Shown in pieces: positions 34,401-47,272 of a stretch of 64,000 bases of DNA. This stretch comes from Nemertoderma westbladi (Eukaryota; Animalia; Xenacoelomorpha). Both the position numbers and the translations under genes were made by a program. Below the pieces are notes generated by a model that was not told the origin of the DNA, searched no databases, and saw nothing but the letters and a program-made list of their open reading frames with translations. The DNA is taken from assembly GCA_032718475.1 (NCBI GenBank), contig JAUCBJ010002551.1, positions 20,160 through 84,159 of the forward strand, read 5' to 3'. Within the stretch, counting starts at the first letter, position 1; each line of letters opens with the position of its first letter.

Positions 34401-37400
34401 GGACCTCTATCCCTGAGTTGTATATGTTCGGACCTTCTAGTAGATAGTCGTTTAAGCATTTCCCGTTGGTCTTTGCCGATGCGTCAACTACCATCCGCAG
34501 TTTACCTTTCTTCGGATCTAAAGCCACGTGGAGTGGTAGGTAATACGTCCTATCCGTGTTTGGTTCGTCGACCGGTAACTCCACGGCCCATCCTTTCTCG
34601 ACGTACTTCTTAATTGTTCTGTGGATGTACTCATTCTTCTCGGGGCTCCGTTTTAGTGTCTGCTTCAACTTACGAAGCCTCGTGAGCACCATCCCTTTAT
34701 TATCGGGCAATGGTAGCTTTGGTAGCTTCCATACCATTCCTATGGTATACCGCCCCTCGTCGCATTTCATAGACTCCTCTACGCTTTGTTGAGCCTGTTT
34801 GTCTTCCACCGGGGTCCCGACCCCGGTCTCCTTTAATCCTTCAAAATCCTGCCTGAGCAGTCTCGTAAGCTGCTCCTCTGCTCTCTCATCACCCATTTCC
34901 TGCATAGTTCCCGCGAACATGCATCCTGATGTCTCCGACATCCTAAATGGTATCTTGCTCTTGATTGGGCCACTCAGCGTCCACCCGAATGGTGTCAGTA
35001 TCGCCACCGGGTCACACTGCTTGTCTTCGCCGAAGACCGTTTGCATTCTTTCGTGGGCCGTTGGGCAGTCCATTCCTACTATGATGGATACCTTCCTAAC
35101 GTCCACCTCTGGGATTGAGAAGTCGATATCATCCAGAAATTTATATTGTTCGACCTCGATGTTGGTTGGCCGTCTGGCATTGATGTTTATTGACTCTATC
35201 ACTTGGATGGGGTCGATGCTCGCCCCATAGTCGCATCCTGGTGCTATTGCTGCAATGGCGCACCGTCCGGTTCTCATCTCCAGGACCTCATCTTTGCTGG
35301 AGATGGTTGTTACCGCCATTCTACTCGGCCTCGTTCTCAATCCTATCTCTTCGGCCACCCAATCCTCGATTAATGTGAAGGCAGCTCCACTATCAACCAG
35401 CATCAGTGTGGTTACTGATCGATTGCCTTCTCCAATCACTCGCACTGGTACTACCCCAAGTAGCACCGTTCCTCTCTTCTTCGCCCCTACCGTGCTCGTT
35501 GCCATCGTTTGGCCTTTCCTTTGACCGAACTTGACCGGCGTCTCCTTGCATTGCCTAGCTCTATGTCCACTCATCACACATCGCGAGCAGATCTCATTTC
35601 TCGCCGCATATTCTACCTGATCTTCCCTGGGTAGCGCTTGCCAGTACCTGCAGTTCATGGTTTGATGAAGCGCATTTGTATGTAGCTGGCATTTGCTCTT
35701 TGGGTTGTAGCCCTCCTTATGCAGTGCATTGCGTATCGCAGTCGCATTTGCTCCAAAGTCCCTACTATTCTTGTTGTTTGGGTTCGGCCTACTGGGCGTA
35801 CTAGGGTTATATTTATTTGTGTTGTTATTGTTCCCCTGTCCGTTCCATGGTGTGGTCTTACCTTCGGCTACCTGTGGACTTGCAGTCCCCTGCGTCGCTG
35901 CGTATGGCAATGATTGCCTGAGCTTTGGTAATGCGTTTGACGTGTTGTGTTCTGGTTTCGGCCTATGGTAATCGGTTCTTGGTCCCTTTCCCAGGCTGTC
36001 CTCACTATAGACTGGGTCGGTTATTAGTTCAGCTTCGTAGTTTAAGAAGCTCGACATTTCTTCTAAACCCGGTTCCGCACCCTTCCTATCTCGAGTGGAG
36101 AAAGCGATTTTTCTCCACTTGTTGCGCAGCCACATCGGTAGTGCCTGCGCTATCGTGGTGATGTTGTTGGACGCGTTGAGTTCGTATGGTGCGTTGTTGG
36201 CTTGTTCGCGAATGTCTTAATGCTAATGGGACTATCCTGTAGGCCACCCGATGTTATGCCTCTCAGGGTTTGCCGGATAATCTTGGCCGGGTGCCCGTAT
36301 TCCCTGTCCAATGCCCGCCATGCCGTCGTGAAGCCGCCCTCTATACCCTGGTATTGCCTCACGATGTCGTATGCTGGGCCTCCTGTGTATACTTGGAGAT
36401 ATTTTAGGCACTCCGCCTGCGTCAAGTTCTTTGTTAGTATCTCGTTACTATACATGCGCCGAAACTGTAGATATTCTTCTGGCCTACTCCCATTGAATTT
36501 AAATGGTTCCACGGGTGGTAGCTCGATCCTAGTTTTTAGCGCATCGATCAATGTGGCCATTCCCATCGCCTGCGCTTCCAATGGGTTCGATGGATGTTGC
36601 ATAGTTTCTCCTGTTGGGTGCGGTCCATCCGTCTTATTTCCTGCCTTCCTTTGGCTAGGGTATATCATTGGGGGTAGCGGCCCCCTCCATATTTCTGTGT
36701 CGCATGATCTGTTTTCATCCAAAGGTCTCGTTGTTCTTACTCCTATCGGGGTATATTGTTGATATTGTGATGGGGGAATGTCACCCTGTCCCCCCCCCAC
36801 CAGTATGCTTGGTACTGGGGTTGATGTTAATATATTGGGGCCCATGCACCTATCCGCAATAATTCCCCCCTCCCCTGGGTATATGTTATGTCCCTGCATG
36901 CTGTAGTCATACTGCTGTGCTGGTACCGGTATAGGCCTATCATCTTCTGGCCTACCTGCCGGTATGTACTCCGCGACTTCCGGGTTTAATTCCGTCGTCC
37001 GTGCTATCCTATCGCCTACATTATTCCTGTCAGCATGGCCTATGGTATGTGCAGTAAGGCCTACAGTATGTCCTACAGTCTGTATGTGTCACTCGGGATC
37101 GAAGTTTATTCTTCTCGAATAATCCTCCCCGCGGCTACCGTATTCTCGATTGGTAGGTATATCCCGTCGGAAAGTTTCTCTTCGACCCCCTCTACTGCTC
37201 TCGTCTTCGTACCGGTACATCGTGTACCCCTCTCCCGACGCGTAATGCGTCTCGTCAGGTCGCGTCTCTCCGGGACGACGGCAATCTCCCGAAGTTCGAC
37301 CCCACCGACACTCTCTTTCCATCTCGACTACCGACGGCTTGCTGTCCGTCCTCGCTCTCCTATCGTTCGCGGCGATACTTCTCCTACTGTCTTCTCTTCT

Positions 37401-39970
37401 TCTCCTTTCAGTGCAGTATTCCCGCTTGTGAGATCTCTCGTCGACCTCCCAGTTAAACTCCACTGTTCTTCTTCCCTCTTCTGATCGGGCTCGACGCTCC
37501 GTCCGCCCTCTCGCGACGTCAACCTGCCTCTCTCTGCTCGATCGCACGCCGCTGGGGATACTCGCAATCCCCCTATCACTCTCCGTCACCGGGTGTTGCG
37601 GTTTACCTAATTCGGCCCGCGCATTATCCGCCGACGCCTGTGGGACATTCTCTGCCCCCCCCTCTCGCCACTAACCTGTTGCTGTGGGGTTCCCGTAGTC
37701 CCCCCCCCCACTCGCCACTAGCTTCCCGTTGTGGGGCTCCTGCAGCCCCCCCCCCCCCCCCCCCCACTCGCCACATATCACGCCGTTACCTCTTACTTCA
37801 CTTCTACACCCCTCTCCAGTCGACACAATGTTTCTACTATGGCTGGGTTCGCTTACCCCTGCCTCTCTCCCCACTACTACTTGGCCTACCGGGCCTACTC
37901 CGGGTTGGCTCAACCCCGCCACCTCCTGCCTACTAATTACGTGGCCTACCAGGCCCACTTCGGGTTGACTCAACCCCGTCGCTTCCTGCCTACTAACTAC
38001 GTGGCCTACCAGGCCCACCTCGGGTTGACTCAACCCCGCCACCTCTGGCTCGTTAACTACGCGGTCCATCAGGCTGGCTTCCGGGCTATACATACACGCC
38101 CGTCGCGTTCACATTAATAGCACCACAGGTACCGTTATTGGTTAAATCAATTAAATCCTCCACCCCAGTTAAATTATTTTGTACACCCAAATTAGAAACG
38201 GAATTATTTTGTTCGTTCAAAATAAAGTTATTCGGATTATTTTGCGCAATTGCGTTTCTTGAATTATTTTGTAAATTCGAATTCAGATTATTATTTAGAT
38301 TATTTGGATTATTCGGATTATTTTGCGTAACTACATTAATATTAGAATTATTTCCTACATTAATATCAGAATCATTTGGATTTAAATTTAAATTACTACT
38401 ACTAGGTAAAATATTTCCTGCAATAAAAGTTTGGTTAGAGTTATCCAATACGGTAGTATTAATATTAACGACGTCTACTGTAGCATTATTATTACCCCCC
38501 CCCCCCCCCCCCCGCCCGTACGGTCACACCAGTTTCGTGTCTGTCGTGCGGTCCCTGTAAGTGGGGTATTAATAAATGTATCCACGGCCCTTGGATCCTC
38601 GAAAATATTCGAGTCAGTCCCGCTCTCAGACGCCCCTATCCGCGCCAGTTCCAGTTCGCGCGTGCGTCTAGTTTTGTACTCTATAAGCTCACTTTGGCGT
38701 TTTTCCAATTCTTTTTGCTCACGCTCCTCTCTTGCCATTCTCTCCCGACCCTCCTGTGCGTTCTGGTCGGCCAATTCCGCCTCTCTCCTAGCTCCCTCCC
38801 TTTGCCTCGCCTCATGCTCTTTGCGTTCACTTTCCTCCCTCGCCTCACGTTCCTTGTGTTCCGCCTCACGCTCTTTGCGTTCATTTTCCTCTCTCGCCTC
38901 ACGTTCCTTGCGTTCACTTTTCTCTCTCGCCTCACGTTCCTTGCGTTCCGCCTCACGCTCTTTGCGTTCATTTTCCTCTCTCGCCACACGCTCCTCTTGT
39001 TCCTTCCTCCCTATTTCCTCACACTCCCTAAGGCTTTTCGCGGCCCTTTCGGCCCTCTCTCCGGTTTCTCTAATCAGTTCCATTTCCTTCTCTAGTAGCA
39101 TTCTCCCCTCCTCTAACCGTCTATTTACTTCTCTCTGACCTTGCGCTATCAGGTCGAGATGGTACGTGGCATTTATCTCTCTCACCCGTCTTTCTTTTAC
39201 GGAGGATGTAGCAGACTTATCGGTTGTGACGGATTCCCTCCGCCTTCCCGATCTACTAACTTTCCCCCTTTTCCCAGAACTTCCTCCGACCGACGAGACC
39301 GAATCCTCGGGGTTAACCTCGGATTCGCCCTCCTGCGGCCTTCTCCATCCCACTAATTTTATACCCCGGGCATCGACTAAGTATGGCCCTATGTACACTA
39401 CGCTAGGTTGCATACCCCTACACCGCCATAAGTCACACAGTTCCTCGGCAACCCCTCTCGCTCTCTCCTTGGCCAGTTCTCTCTGCCCGAAGCGCATTAG
39501 ATGACTAAAATGTCTATCCGACTCACCTAGTCCTGTTGTCAACTTTACCTCATCTATCTTCGCCCCCTCCTTGGCCTCCTTAAGTAGCTTCCGGGTCGCG
39601 TTGTAGGCCCGTCAAAGTCGGTCAGAAACCCCGACGTCCTCGTCGCTGACCTCTCCTCCATCTCTCCGGGTCTGACGTCGTACCGGCGGCCCCACCGTCG
39701 CCGTTCCGGTGGGCCGTCCATCGCCCTCAGCCTGTGGCTGGCCGGCGACATCGGTATGTCGACCGACGTGTGTCGACTCGTCTCTTTCTCCTTCCATCTA
39801 GCTCTCTCCTTCTCTCAACTCGACTTCCGGCTCCAGATGGCCCCCCTCATCTTGAACTGCCGGATGACCTAGCCGGACCGGCCTGGCGTCGTAGGCCTAT
39901 ACCGTCTGGTCGCGGCCTCGCGAATCGTTAGTTCTTCGTCCGGGGTCCGCGTTGGCGTAACGTCACTCAT
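31475..39970 (-). pseudogene. Gag-Pol of BEL/Pao element 1, with several frameshifts, some in G homopolymers
   Basis: Coiled-coil ERE/KER repeats, an Asn-rich segment, DUF1759-like FNGSRPEEYLQF, Cys/His cluster CQLH...H...C and CSRC...GHRARQC, protease LVDSGA, RT YYLPLH...CDIEGMFNQV...FYVDDG, RNase H MFSDAS...PKLEL...WTDS, integrase VDMFGP...YSDSGTNF, and DUF5641-like YWRRWVEEYLPTL...WRLARV. Confidence 0.9.
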
Positions 39971-39975
39971 CTCTT

Positions 39976-40759
39976 ACTACTACTACTACTAGGATCGGCA
40001 TGCTGCATTGCAGCTGCATTTTTAAGAATGCTGTGCCGGCTTGTCAACAAAATTGCACCGCCACAACTCCCTATCGCTATCACCCATGACATTTGCTAGA
40101 TCATCCGCATCTTTAAGGCCAGTGTCCTTTAAGATGCGTCTCAAGAAAGTCATGGGCTGTCCTCCATGCTTATTCACTCCATGAGGCTGCCAAAGTACAA
40201 GATTATGCACTGGCTGTTCCTCACGGCGAAAGCAATGTCCTGCAAAGCGGAGGCGATTTTGTTCTAGTGTCAAGCTTGGGGGAACCAATGAGACACCTCC
40301 AATGTTATATAGTGTCTGGTTGGAGATGTGTGCATTGTACTTGACACAATGTACCCGGCGTAGCATTCTTGTGAATGTGCCATCCAGAGATTTGGTGTCC
40401 TCAGCAGTTAGAGCCCAGCATGGACTCCCGTAGAGGAGTACTGGAACTACTGCTGCTCTAAATAATCGGACCTTAAGTTTCCGATTAATTCTAGGTGACT
40501 TCCAAATCCTGGAAAGCCTATTCAAGGCTGCCCATGCCTTTCCCTTACGTATTCGAAGGTCCTCACCTGACTTCCGGATCCATGATCCCAGGTAACAGAA
40601 GTCGTCCACATGCTCAAGCATACCATCCTTTGAGCTTATGCTCATCCGATCAGAGACTTGCTGAGGACTTTCAAAGTTAACTGTCAGAATTTTGGTCTTT
40701 CTGGAGTTAATAAAAAGACCAACACTAGAAGCAGCATGTTCTAATGAGCTGAGGCTTCT
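39976..40759 (-). mobile_element. 5'-truncated RTE-like LINE inserted at the putative BEL-1 gag start
   Basis: ORF 40022-40645 has RT C-terminal motifs FCYLGS, IRKGKAWAA, VLLYGSPCW, RLRFAGHC. (TAG)n tail. 10-bp TSD CTCATCTCTT (39966-39975 and 40760-40769). Confidence 0.88.
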
Positions 40760-41725
40760 CTCATCTCTTGCTTTAGGTTGGTTGCTGACAGAATCTAGTT
40801 CTATTACTGTGACGGGATCTAAGAAGGATCCCGGTTTATCCGCGGTTATTGTATTTACGCGTCCCCGCCGTGTGTGTGTGTGAAAAGAGTCTGGGAATTC
40901 TGATGTTATTGATCATCCGATATGTATAATGCGATAGATAGTATAAAGTGGATATAGTATAAAATGGTTGAAACCCAAATGATGTAATACAGTAATGTAC
41001 AGGTAAATGGTGGTAGGCGAGGATGGTAATAGAAGTCTCCGCTCTACCCTAGCTAACCGACTAACACAAATGAGATAACTGAACTAAGAATTACTGATAC
41101 CTAATAATATATATTGCACGGTTTGGCCGTTGTTACAGTACCTAGCCGGTGCCTGCCCCCCCCATTGGCTAATATCCCTGTTGGCGCCCTTTGGAGTGTT
41201 TCCCCTCACTCCTGCTATTCTCTCTCGGTCAGGGGTATGGCCCCTGACCCCTATTGTGTGTTTCTCCTTCCCACTTTGTTGGGGTGGCACGAGTGGTTGA
41301 TTACCCAACCTCGTGGCCCCCAATATTGCTTAACGGCTTACTTTGTGGGGTGTTAGCGGAATTGAATACGCTAACAAATCTGCACTAGAGGGGATTGTAA
41401 TTAACAATACTTTAGCAATACTTTGGAGGTTAAACTATAAGACCAGCATCAATAAAAGGCTCCAAAAAAAATCGGCTAGTTTTATAATTTTTAGAGAAAT
41501 TGGAAGTTATTTTTGAATTCAACTCTTTTAATATCATCTAATAGTACTACTAATTGTAGCTCACACTTTTTATCGTACAGAGCTCATTCAAGGCCAATTT
41601 TAAAGGACATTTTCTAGATAACAAAGTTAGTATTTTCCAGAGGAACTCTCAAAATATCTCACTATTTTACTGCAATGAAATTTAATCGCTTCAAGTGATT
41701 CAGTAGTAAGGCTGATAAGAGTAAA

Positions 41726-41802
41726 CCCTAGTGGGGCTCGAACCTGCATCCAATAGATTGTAAGACCGGTGTGCGGCTACGACCAAATGAGCTAACACCG
41801 CC
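41726..41802 (-). other. tRNA-derived sequence (SINE head or tRNA pseudogene)
   Basis: The minus strand reads GGCGGTGTTAGCTCATTTGG...GCAGGTTCGAGCCCC, with A box and B box at tRNA-like spacing. Cloverleaf stems are imperfect. Confidence 0.55.
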
Positions 41803-42429
41803 TTTCAATAGTATATTAATTATCTTTGTCATCATAGCCGCATAACGAGCCAAAAACAAGATTATTTATATGGCAATTACAAAGTGACATACAAGCTCTT
41901 TGGAGAAGCATTCAATATATTTTTAAGATTCTGCTACGAGTCGGCTATTCAATGGAGCTAATTGCAGTACGTATAATTTATTTAAGTCGCAAATTGTAAT
42001 TGTTATGATAATGTTCAGTACTCCATATTTGGACTAGTGGCTCCACCCCGAATCCATATAAATTGTTTAACAAATTATTGCCAAGTGATGAGTCAGGCTG
42101 AGATCCGGAATTACAATTACCAGTAATTGAAAATGTTATTTATATTTTAAGGAGCAATTTGAAAAGGCATTTAAAATAGTCAATGAGTTTCAGATGTTTT
42201 TATACTTAAAACCGGTATTTTCTCCATTACATTCAACGGACTCTTGAACAGCCACTTGAATGAACTGAACTGCACCGCTATACATCAGGACTAGGATTAT
42301 ATTTTGAAAGTATGTCGAAATTATATTTTTTAAATTGTGCATTAATGAAAGGGATAAAATTTTAGATATGTTAAGCCAAGGAATTCCGGTTCACCGCCAT
42401 AGACGTCAGGTCAGGTATTCTAGGTCAGA

Positions 42430-44750
42430 GATCAAGAAAGTTGACACCTCCATGCAGCATAAAGGAGGTGCCACCTATGGCTGAATAGGCCGGCCCTCGT
42501 ACTAAGGGGAAATCTTGTCCTGTGACAAGGACCCCCTTCTTTCTGGGATAGGGACGCCCTTGGTCCTGGATTAAGGATCCATACTGTATATTTGGCTGCA
42601 GTGTATATGGTCTGGCCAGGCAGATGGCGATCTACCAATGGCTGGTCATGAGTAGATTGTTCTCATAGCCACTTTGAGTGCACTTCACTGCGACCTGCAC
42701 CTGGCAGCAGGGGTACAGGGCATGGCCCAGCAGATGAGATGCATAGCCAATGATGGGTCATGTGTATCGGATGTAGGACAATTCGGTCCCGAACAATTCG
42801 GTCCCGGACAATTCGGTCCCGGACAATTCGGTCCCGGACAATTTGGTCCCGGACAATTCGGTCTGGACAATTCGGTCCCGGAGAATTCGGTCCCGGACAA
42901 TTCGGTCCCAAAACACTATATAAATGGGACCGAATTATCCTAGGACCGAATTGTCCTAGGACCGAATTGTCCTAGGACCGAATTGTCCGGGACCGAATTG
43001 TCCGGTTCCTGATTGCAACTTTTTAGTGCTTTTTTGATATTTGTGAATGTTCTAGAACATTAGTAGAGATATTTATTATGGTAGCTAGAGTTATATACTT
43101 GCTAGAATTTTTTGAACTTCTAAAAATACTGTATTTTTATTATTATTGTTATTGGTAAGTGTTCGAGAACATTATTATATATTATTTATTAAGATGTAGC
43201 TAGTGTTTTTTTTACTAGCTAGCATTTCCTTGAAATTATAAAAACACTTGTGAAAACATTGATATTTCAGAATTAGGCCTAACTGTTGCTGATTATATTA
43301 ATTACCAACAATATTGATGATATTATAACAGTCCCTGAATGAGATCCAGCTATTATCTATGATAATAATTTAGGCTTGTTCCAACCCACAACACATACAG
43401 TATACTTACGCAATATATTAAAAAAATCAGCTTTAAACATTTTAAATACATACTATTACTAGCTAGTAAATAATTCACAAGCTCCAAAAAAACACCATAG
43501 CTACCAAAACTAATAATGTTAGCAAAAAAAAGTAAAATGTTTTTTATTTTCAAAAAAATACTAGCTAGTAAAAAAAACACTAGCTACCATATAATAATAT
43601 ATATTAAGGTTCTAGAACATTCACCATTATATAGTACCAATTAAATTTGGTCCAGGACAATTCTGTCCCGGACAATTCGGTCCCAAAACACAAAATTAAT
43701 GGGACCGAATTTTCCGGGACCGAATTGTCCGGGACCGAATTGTCCCGAGCGAATTGTCCGGGACCGAATTGTCCGGAGCGAATTGTCCAGGACCGAATTG
43801 TCCTGCTTCCATGTGCACAGAGTAGGTATGTGTGATGGGCCTCATATCTGACTCCACTGCGACACCCACACTGTGGAATGGCAAACCATGGTGTGGTACT
43901 TGCCCCGAGAGCTGACTCTGCAAAAATGCAACCCCCACCCCCACTATGGATTACATTAGTAATGCGGAGGTCCGGCAACTAGAGGCCAGTGGAATTACCG
44001 GACACAATTGGCCTCACAGGCGTCAGTTAGCTTCTGACCGGCTGCCTGTCTCACAATTCCTGTCTCCAACAATTCTGTGAATCCATTTCCTGATGACCTT
44101 TCTGGCCCAAACCCTGGATCACCGACCAGAGAGGCCAGATTTCGAGGGGGAGAGGGATTCTGGAGTTGGAGGCTACTCTCACGTTCCACCCCGACCAACC
44201 AAGCCTTTGTTGATGTTGAATCAGAGGCAAGTCACTAGACTAGCCTTAGTTAACACCCTAACACTCGTGTCCCCAATGCAACAAGGGGAGCTGACTGCCT
44301 TAACAGATGACAGATCTCTTAGCGCAAGTGGGTAGTCAAGAGCACCGAATGCAGACTGGAAGTAGTTCCAGTACTCCTCCATAGCATTCTTAATGTACAC
44401 TGCATTGGGCTTACCAATAATCGATCAGTGAAGGATGAAAGCCAGGATTGTTGGGCTGTGTGCACTGCTGGAGAATTAAACATGAGCTAATACTTTTCTG
44501 GCAAACAACAGAATGAAAGCCCTGTCGTGGACGACCGACTATGACATCTATAGACCAACTTGAGAGGGATACTGGACTTGAGAGACATGAAGTTGGAGGA
44601 TTGTGAAAAACATGGAACTATGGAACCTGATTTCCACTGACTGACTTCGCTCGACCTAGTAGAATTATTGCTCCAGGTGGTGCAACGTGTATATTTGTAT
44701 AAAGTATCGCGGGGTGATATAATTGTACACCGAGACATGATGATTTCCCT
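42430..44750 (-). pseudogene. Highly degraded LINE RT remnant (RTE/BovB-like); boundaries approximate
   Basis: Scattered minus-strand peptides in RT order: QWKSGSIVPCF, FNINK, DLRITNV, and terminal STRAGLFSH. Many stops and frameshifts; split by the foldback element. Confidence 0.4.
42769..43810. mobile_element. Non-autonomous foldback/TIR DNA element built from 15-bp repeats
   Basis: Termini GGATGTAGGACAATTCGG and CCGAATTGTCCTGCTTCC. Arrays of GGACAATTCGGTCCC occur in alternating orientation (42776-42910, 42926-43005, 43654-43685, 43701-43803). The AT-rich core also has inverted pairs. Flanks ATGTGTAT/ATGTGCAC resemble a decayed TSD. Confidence 0.82.
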
Positions 44751-44864
44751 GGGGAATTAAATTACTGAAGTTTTCGTCAATTACAATGTGTTAGATATGT
44801 GGACAGTGATGACAAAGTAAGATTTTTTAGCTAATTTGACGTAGTTCGTTTTTTTTTATTACGT

Positions 44865-45099
44865 TACTACGACTACTACTTCAACTGCTAGGATCGGCAT
44901 GCTGCATTGCAACTGCATTATATATATATATTACATATATATTAAGAATGTTGTGCCAGTTTGTCGACAAAATTGCACTGCCACAACTCCCTATCACCCA
45001 TGACACTTGCTAGATCATCCGCATCTTCAAGGCCAGTGTCCTTTAAGATGCCTCTCAAGAAAGTCATGGGCTGCCCACCATGCTTATTCACTCCATGAG
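44865..45099 (-). mobile_element. Short 3' fragment of the same RTE-like LINE family as 39976-40759
   Basis: Clear similarity to 39976-40185 (CTAGGATCGGCATGCTGCATTGCA...GCTTATTCACTCCATGAG), with a decayed (CTA)n tail. Confidence 0.88.
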
Positions 45100-45337
45100 A
45101 TCTCCGAAGCACAAACTGTTTTATAACGTTAGAGTTTACTAATAGCTATATAGCTTTACTAATAGTCAATCTATGCAAAAAGAGTGGTGTTACCCAAAGC
45201 ATTTCAGAGAATCCTATAAAAATGTATTATGCGTATCATTTTAACCTCCATATTTTTCCTTGGAGCATGGATTATTTTTACATAGCAACAATTCCAAGCA
45301 AAAAATTCCTACCCAATAACATCACTACAACTATATA

Positions 45338-47272
45338 TATAGAATTATATTCCCTAAATGCCGTGGATTTTCAAAATTTTTATTTTATTCGAATTAACTT
45401 TGTAAAGATTGCTTTGAGTTCTCATTAGTATTGGTTCTATCTATTGTGCACCCATCGGTCAAGTGGTTCAGTAGCTCAGTCGGTAGAGCGTTGGAAATTA
45501 TATGTGTAGTAGGTATCTAGTTCGAATCCTAGTAAGTGCGAATTATTTTTTGTGCAGAATTTCAACTCATTTAAATTAACCGCTACAAATTAATTGCATT
45601 TATCTGTACCAATGAGACTGTAGTTATTTGATTGTAACCAATGTCGTGCAAGTTATATATTAGCTGGACCAATAGCTATCTTTAAAACCTTGTTAGAATC
45701 TACAGAACAATCGAGAATTTTCTCGATTGATTGCGGCACAAATTTGGTATAAAAAGGTGCGATTTCGTTCATTAGTTCACTACTACTACTTTAGTATACT
45801 TTATATTCACTCTACTTCACAGATTATATTCACATTATTATTCTGTCGTGCTTAGTTTATTCTCAGATTACATTGTATTATAATTGTATCTTCTGTAATA
45901 AAGTCAGAATATTCTCTCAGCTTTCTACCTGTTTTACCATGGATTCACTACGGTGAACAAACTCAGGGACAGGATGGCCGGCTAGAGATCGGGCCGCAGC
46001 AATGAACGGGAACATCACGGGAATGTAGACGAGAGACAACCCGCAATACCATCTAGAGTTATTCGCCCATCGCCTGAAAGGTTAGACAGCGTTCGATCCT
46101 TGCTACCTAAGTGTAAGACCAAAAGATCAAAAGGTAGACGTAGTGACACGCTGTAAGCCTAAAATTACATCATAGGGACTGTACTGTCTTGATTCAGGAA
46201 AAACCCACAGTAGACCTTCACATTCCTACGGGAGGGAGAGAGAGCAGATACTAGTACGCAGATAGGACGTAGGCACACCGGTACAAGGCATACACATTGG
46301 TTAGGGTGCAGCAAACTGTACGCTTAACTCTTGCTAAGTACAGGTGTGTGTGCGACTATTTGCAGTACGACAGTGTCCATTACATCAGAACTTGTAGGCT
46401 AAGGGGTTGCTGTGTTTTCACCTGAATTGGGATTGTACCGTTCAGGCGGTAGGGCAGTTTACGCTAGGCGCAAATAAATTGAGGCTATCAGGGATATACT
46501 AACATCTACCGTGTCTCCGCCAACGCCCTAATAGGAAGTTACCCGGACTACCTGGGTGACTAAAATTCTAGATAGGAGCCAGGATAGCTATTAGTACCCG
46601 TACGCCTACAGTAGTAAACTAACACATCTCTTCTTAGTATCAGGGACCTGGTACCTAAAATTGCCGAATTCTGGGCGTAGTATTAACCTTATGCCTGAAT
46701 TTGAGTCCTGGAAATACGCAAGAGGGGAAGGAACCTTATCATTCGTGAGTATTGGACCTACAAGTTATAAAATTAGAATATTCGTAAAATGCACACCGTA
46801 CCCAGTAATTATATATGTGAAGGAGCAAAACTGTTTTGACCGTTCAGAATTAACACACGCGCGTTAGAAATTATTTACACCTCAAAATATATAAAATTAA
46901 CTTTTGTCCGTACTGTGCTTTGCCCGCTAGTTAGACATCTCCAAATATCTGCCTCTGTACCTAGCTAGCGTCCCTTTGCCCAACCATATAAATCACACCG
47001 CGGCAAAGTATACGAGCCCCTTAGTCCGTCAGTGAGTCAGCCTGATTTTAGGATTTGCTGCGCGGGATTTTGTTTTATCGAAGTTTGTCTGCTCGTAGAC
47101 TGTTTTCTGCCTCACCGGTTATAAGAGATCGATACTGCAATATATTCGCTTACTTAGAGTTTACTGTTTTGGTGAGAAGGTCGGATTTATGATTTGATTT
47201 ACAAACTTTACAGTAGGATATTGCAGGTATTGTTACCGTCTCTTCCATTAGTAGGAATAGGCGTATCTCTTC
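45338..47272 (+). repeat. 5' LTR of BEL element 2
   Basis: Direct repeat of 59881-61788. Contains TATAAAAAGG (~45748) and AATAAA (~45897), plus a ~24-bp segment near 45780 that the 3' LTR lacks. Confidence 0.93.
45465..45551 (+). ncRNA. tRNA-like Pol III unit in the 5' LTR
   Basis: A box TAGCTCAGTCGG within an intact D-arm (GCTC/GAGC), B box GTTCGAATCC, T6 terminator. Acceptor and anticodon stems do not pair. Confidence 0.65.

Larger units (their letters stand above)
23875..41445 (-). mobile_element. BEL/Pao LTR retrotransposon 1, decayed, LTRs not identifiable, with nested insertions; right boundary approximate
   Basis: Minus-strand gag-pol at ~39970-31475 with BEL hallmarks, followed by a non-coding minisatellite region and an accessory ORF that is cut by the Gypsy-like 3' LTR. 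Confidence 0.8.

Noticed and set aside
41345-41460. PBS and 5' LTR of BEL-1 (minus-strand TGGTCTTATAG near 41445)
   Set aside because: No second LTR copy is available for comparison and no TG...CA boundary is visible; used only as an approximate edge.
42663-43944. Short ORFs with GPNCP / RTIRS / GQFGP repeats
   Set aside because: Translations of the 15-bp repeats of the foldback element.
45465-45551. Functional tRNA gene in the LTR
   Set aside because: Acceptor, anticodon and T stems do not pair properly; kept only as a tRNA-like Pol III unit.
46661-46867. 68-aa ORF present in both BEL-2 LTRs
   Set aside because: TTG start and no recognisable motif; its duplication is explained by LTR identity.
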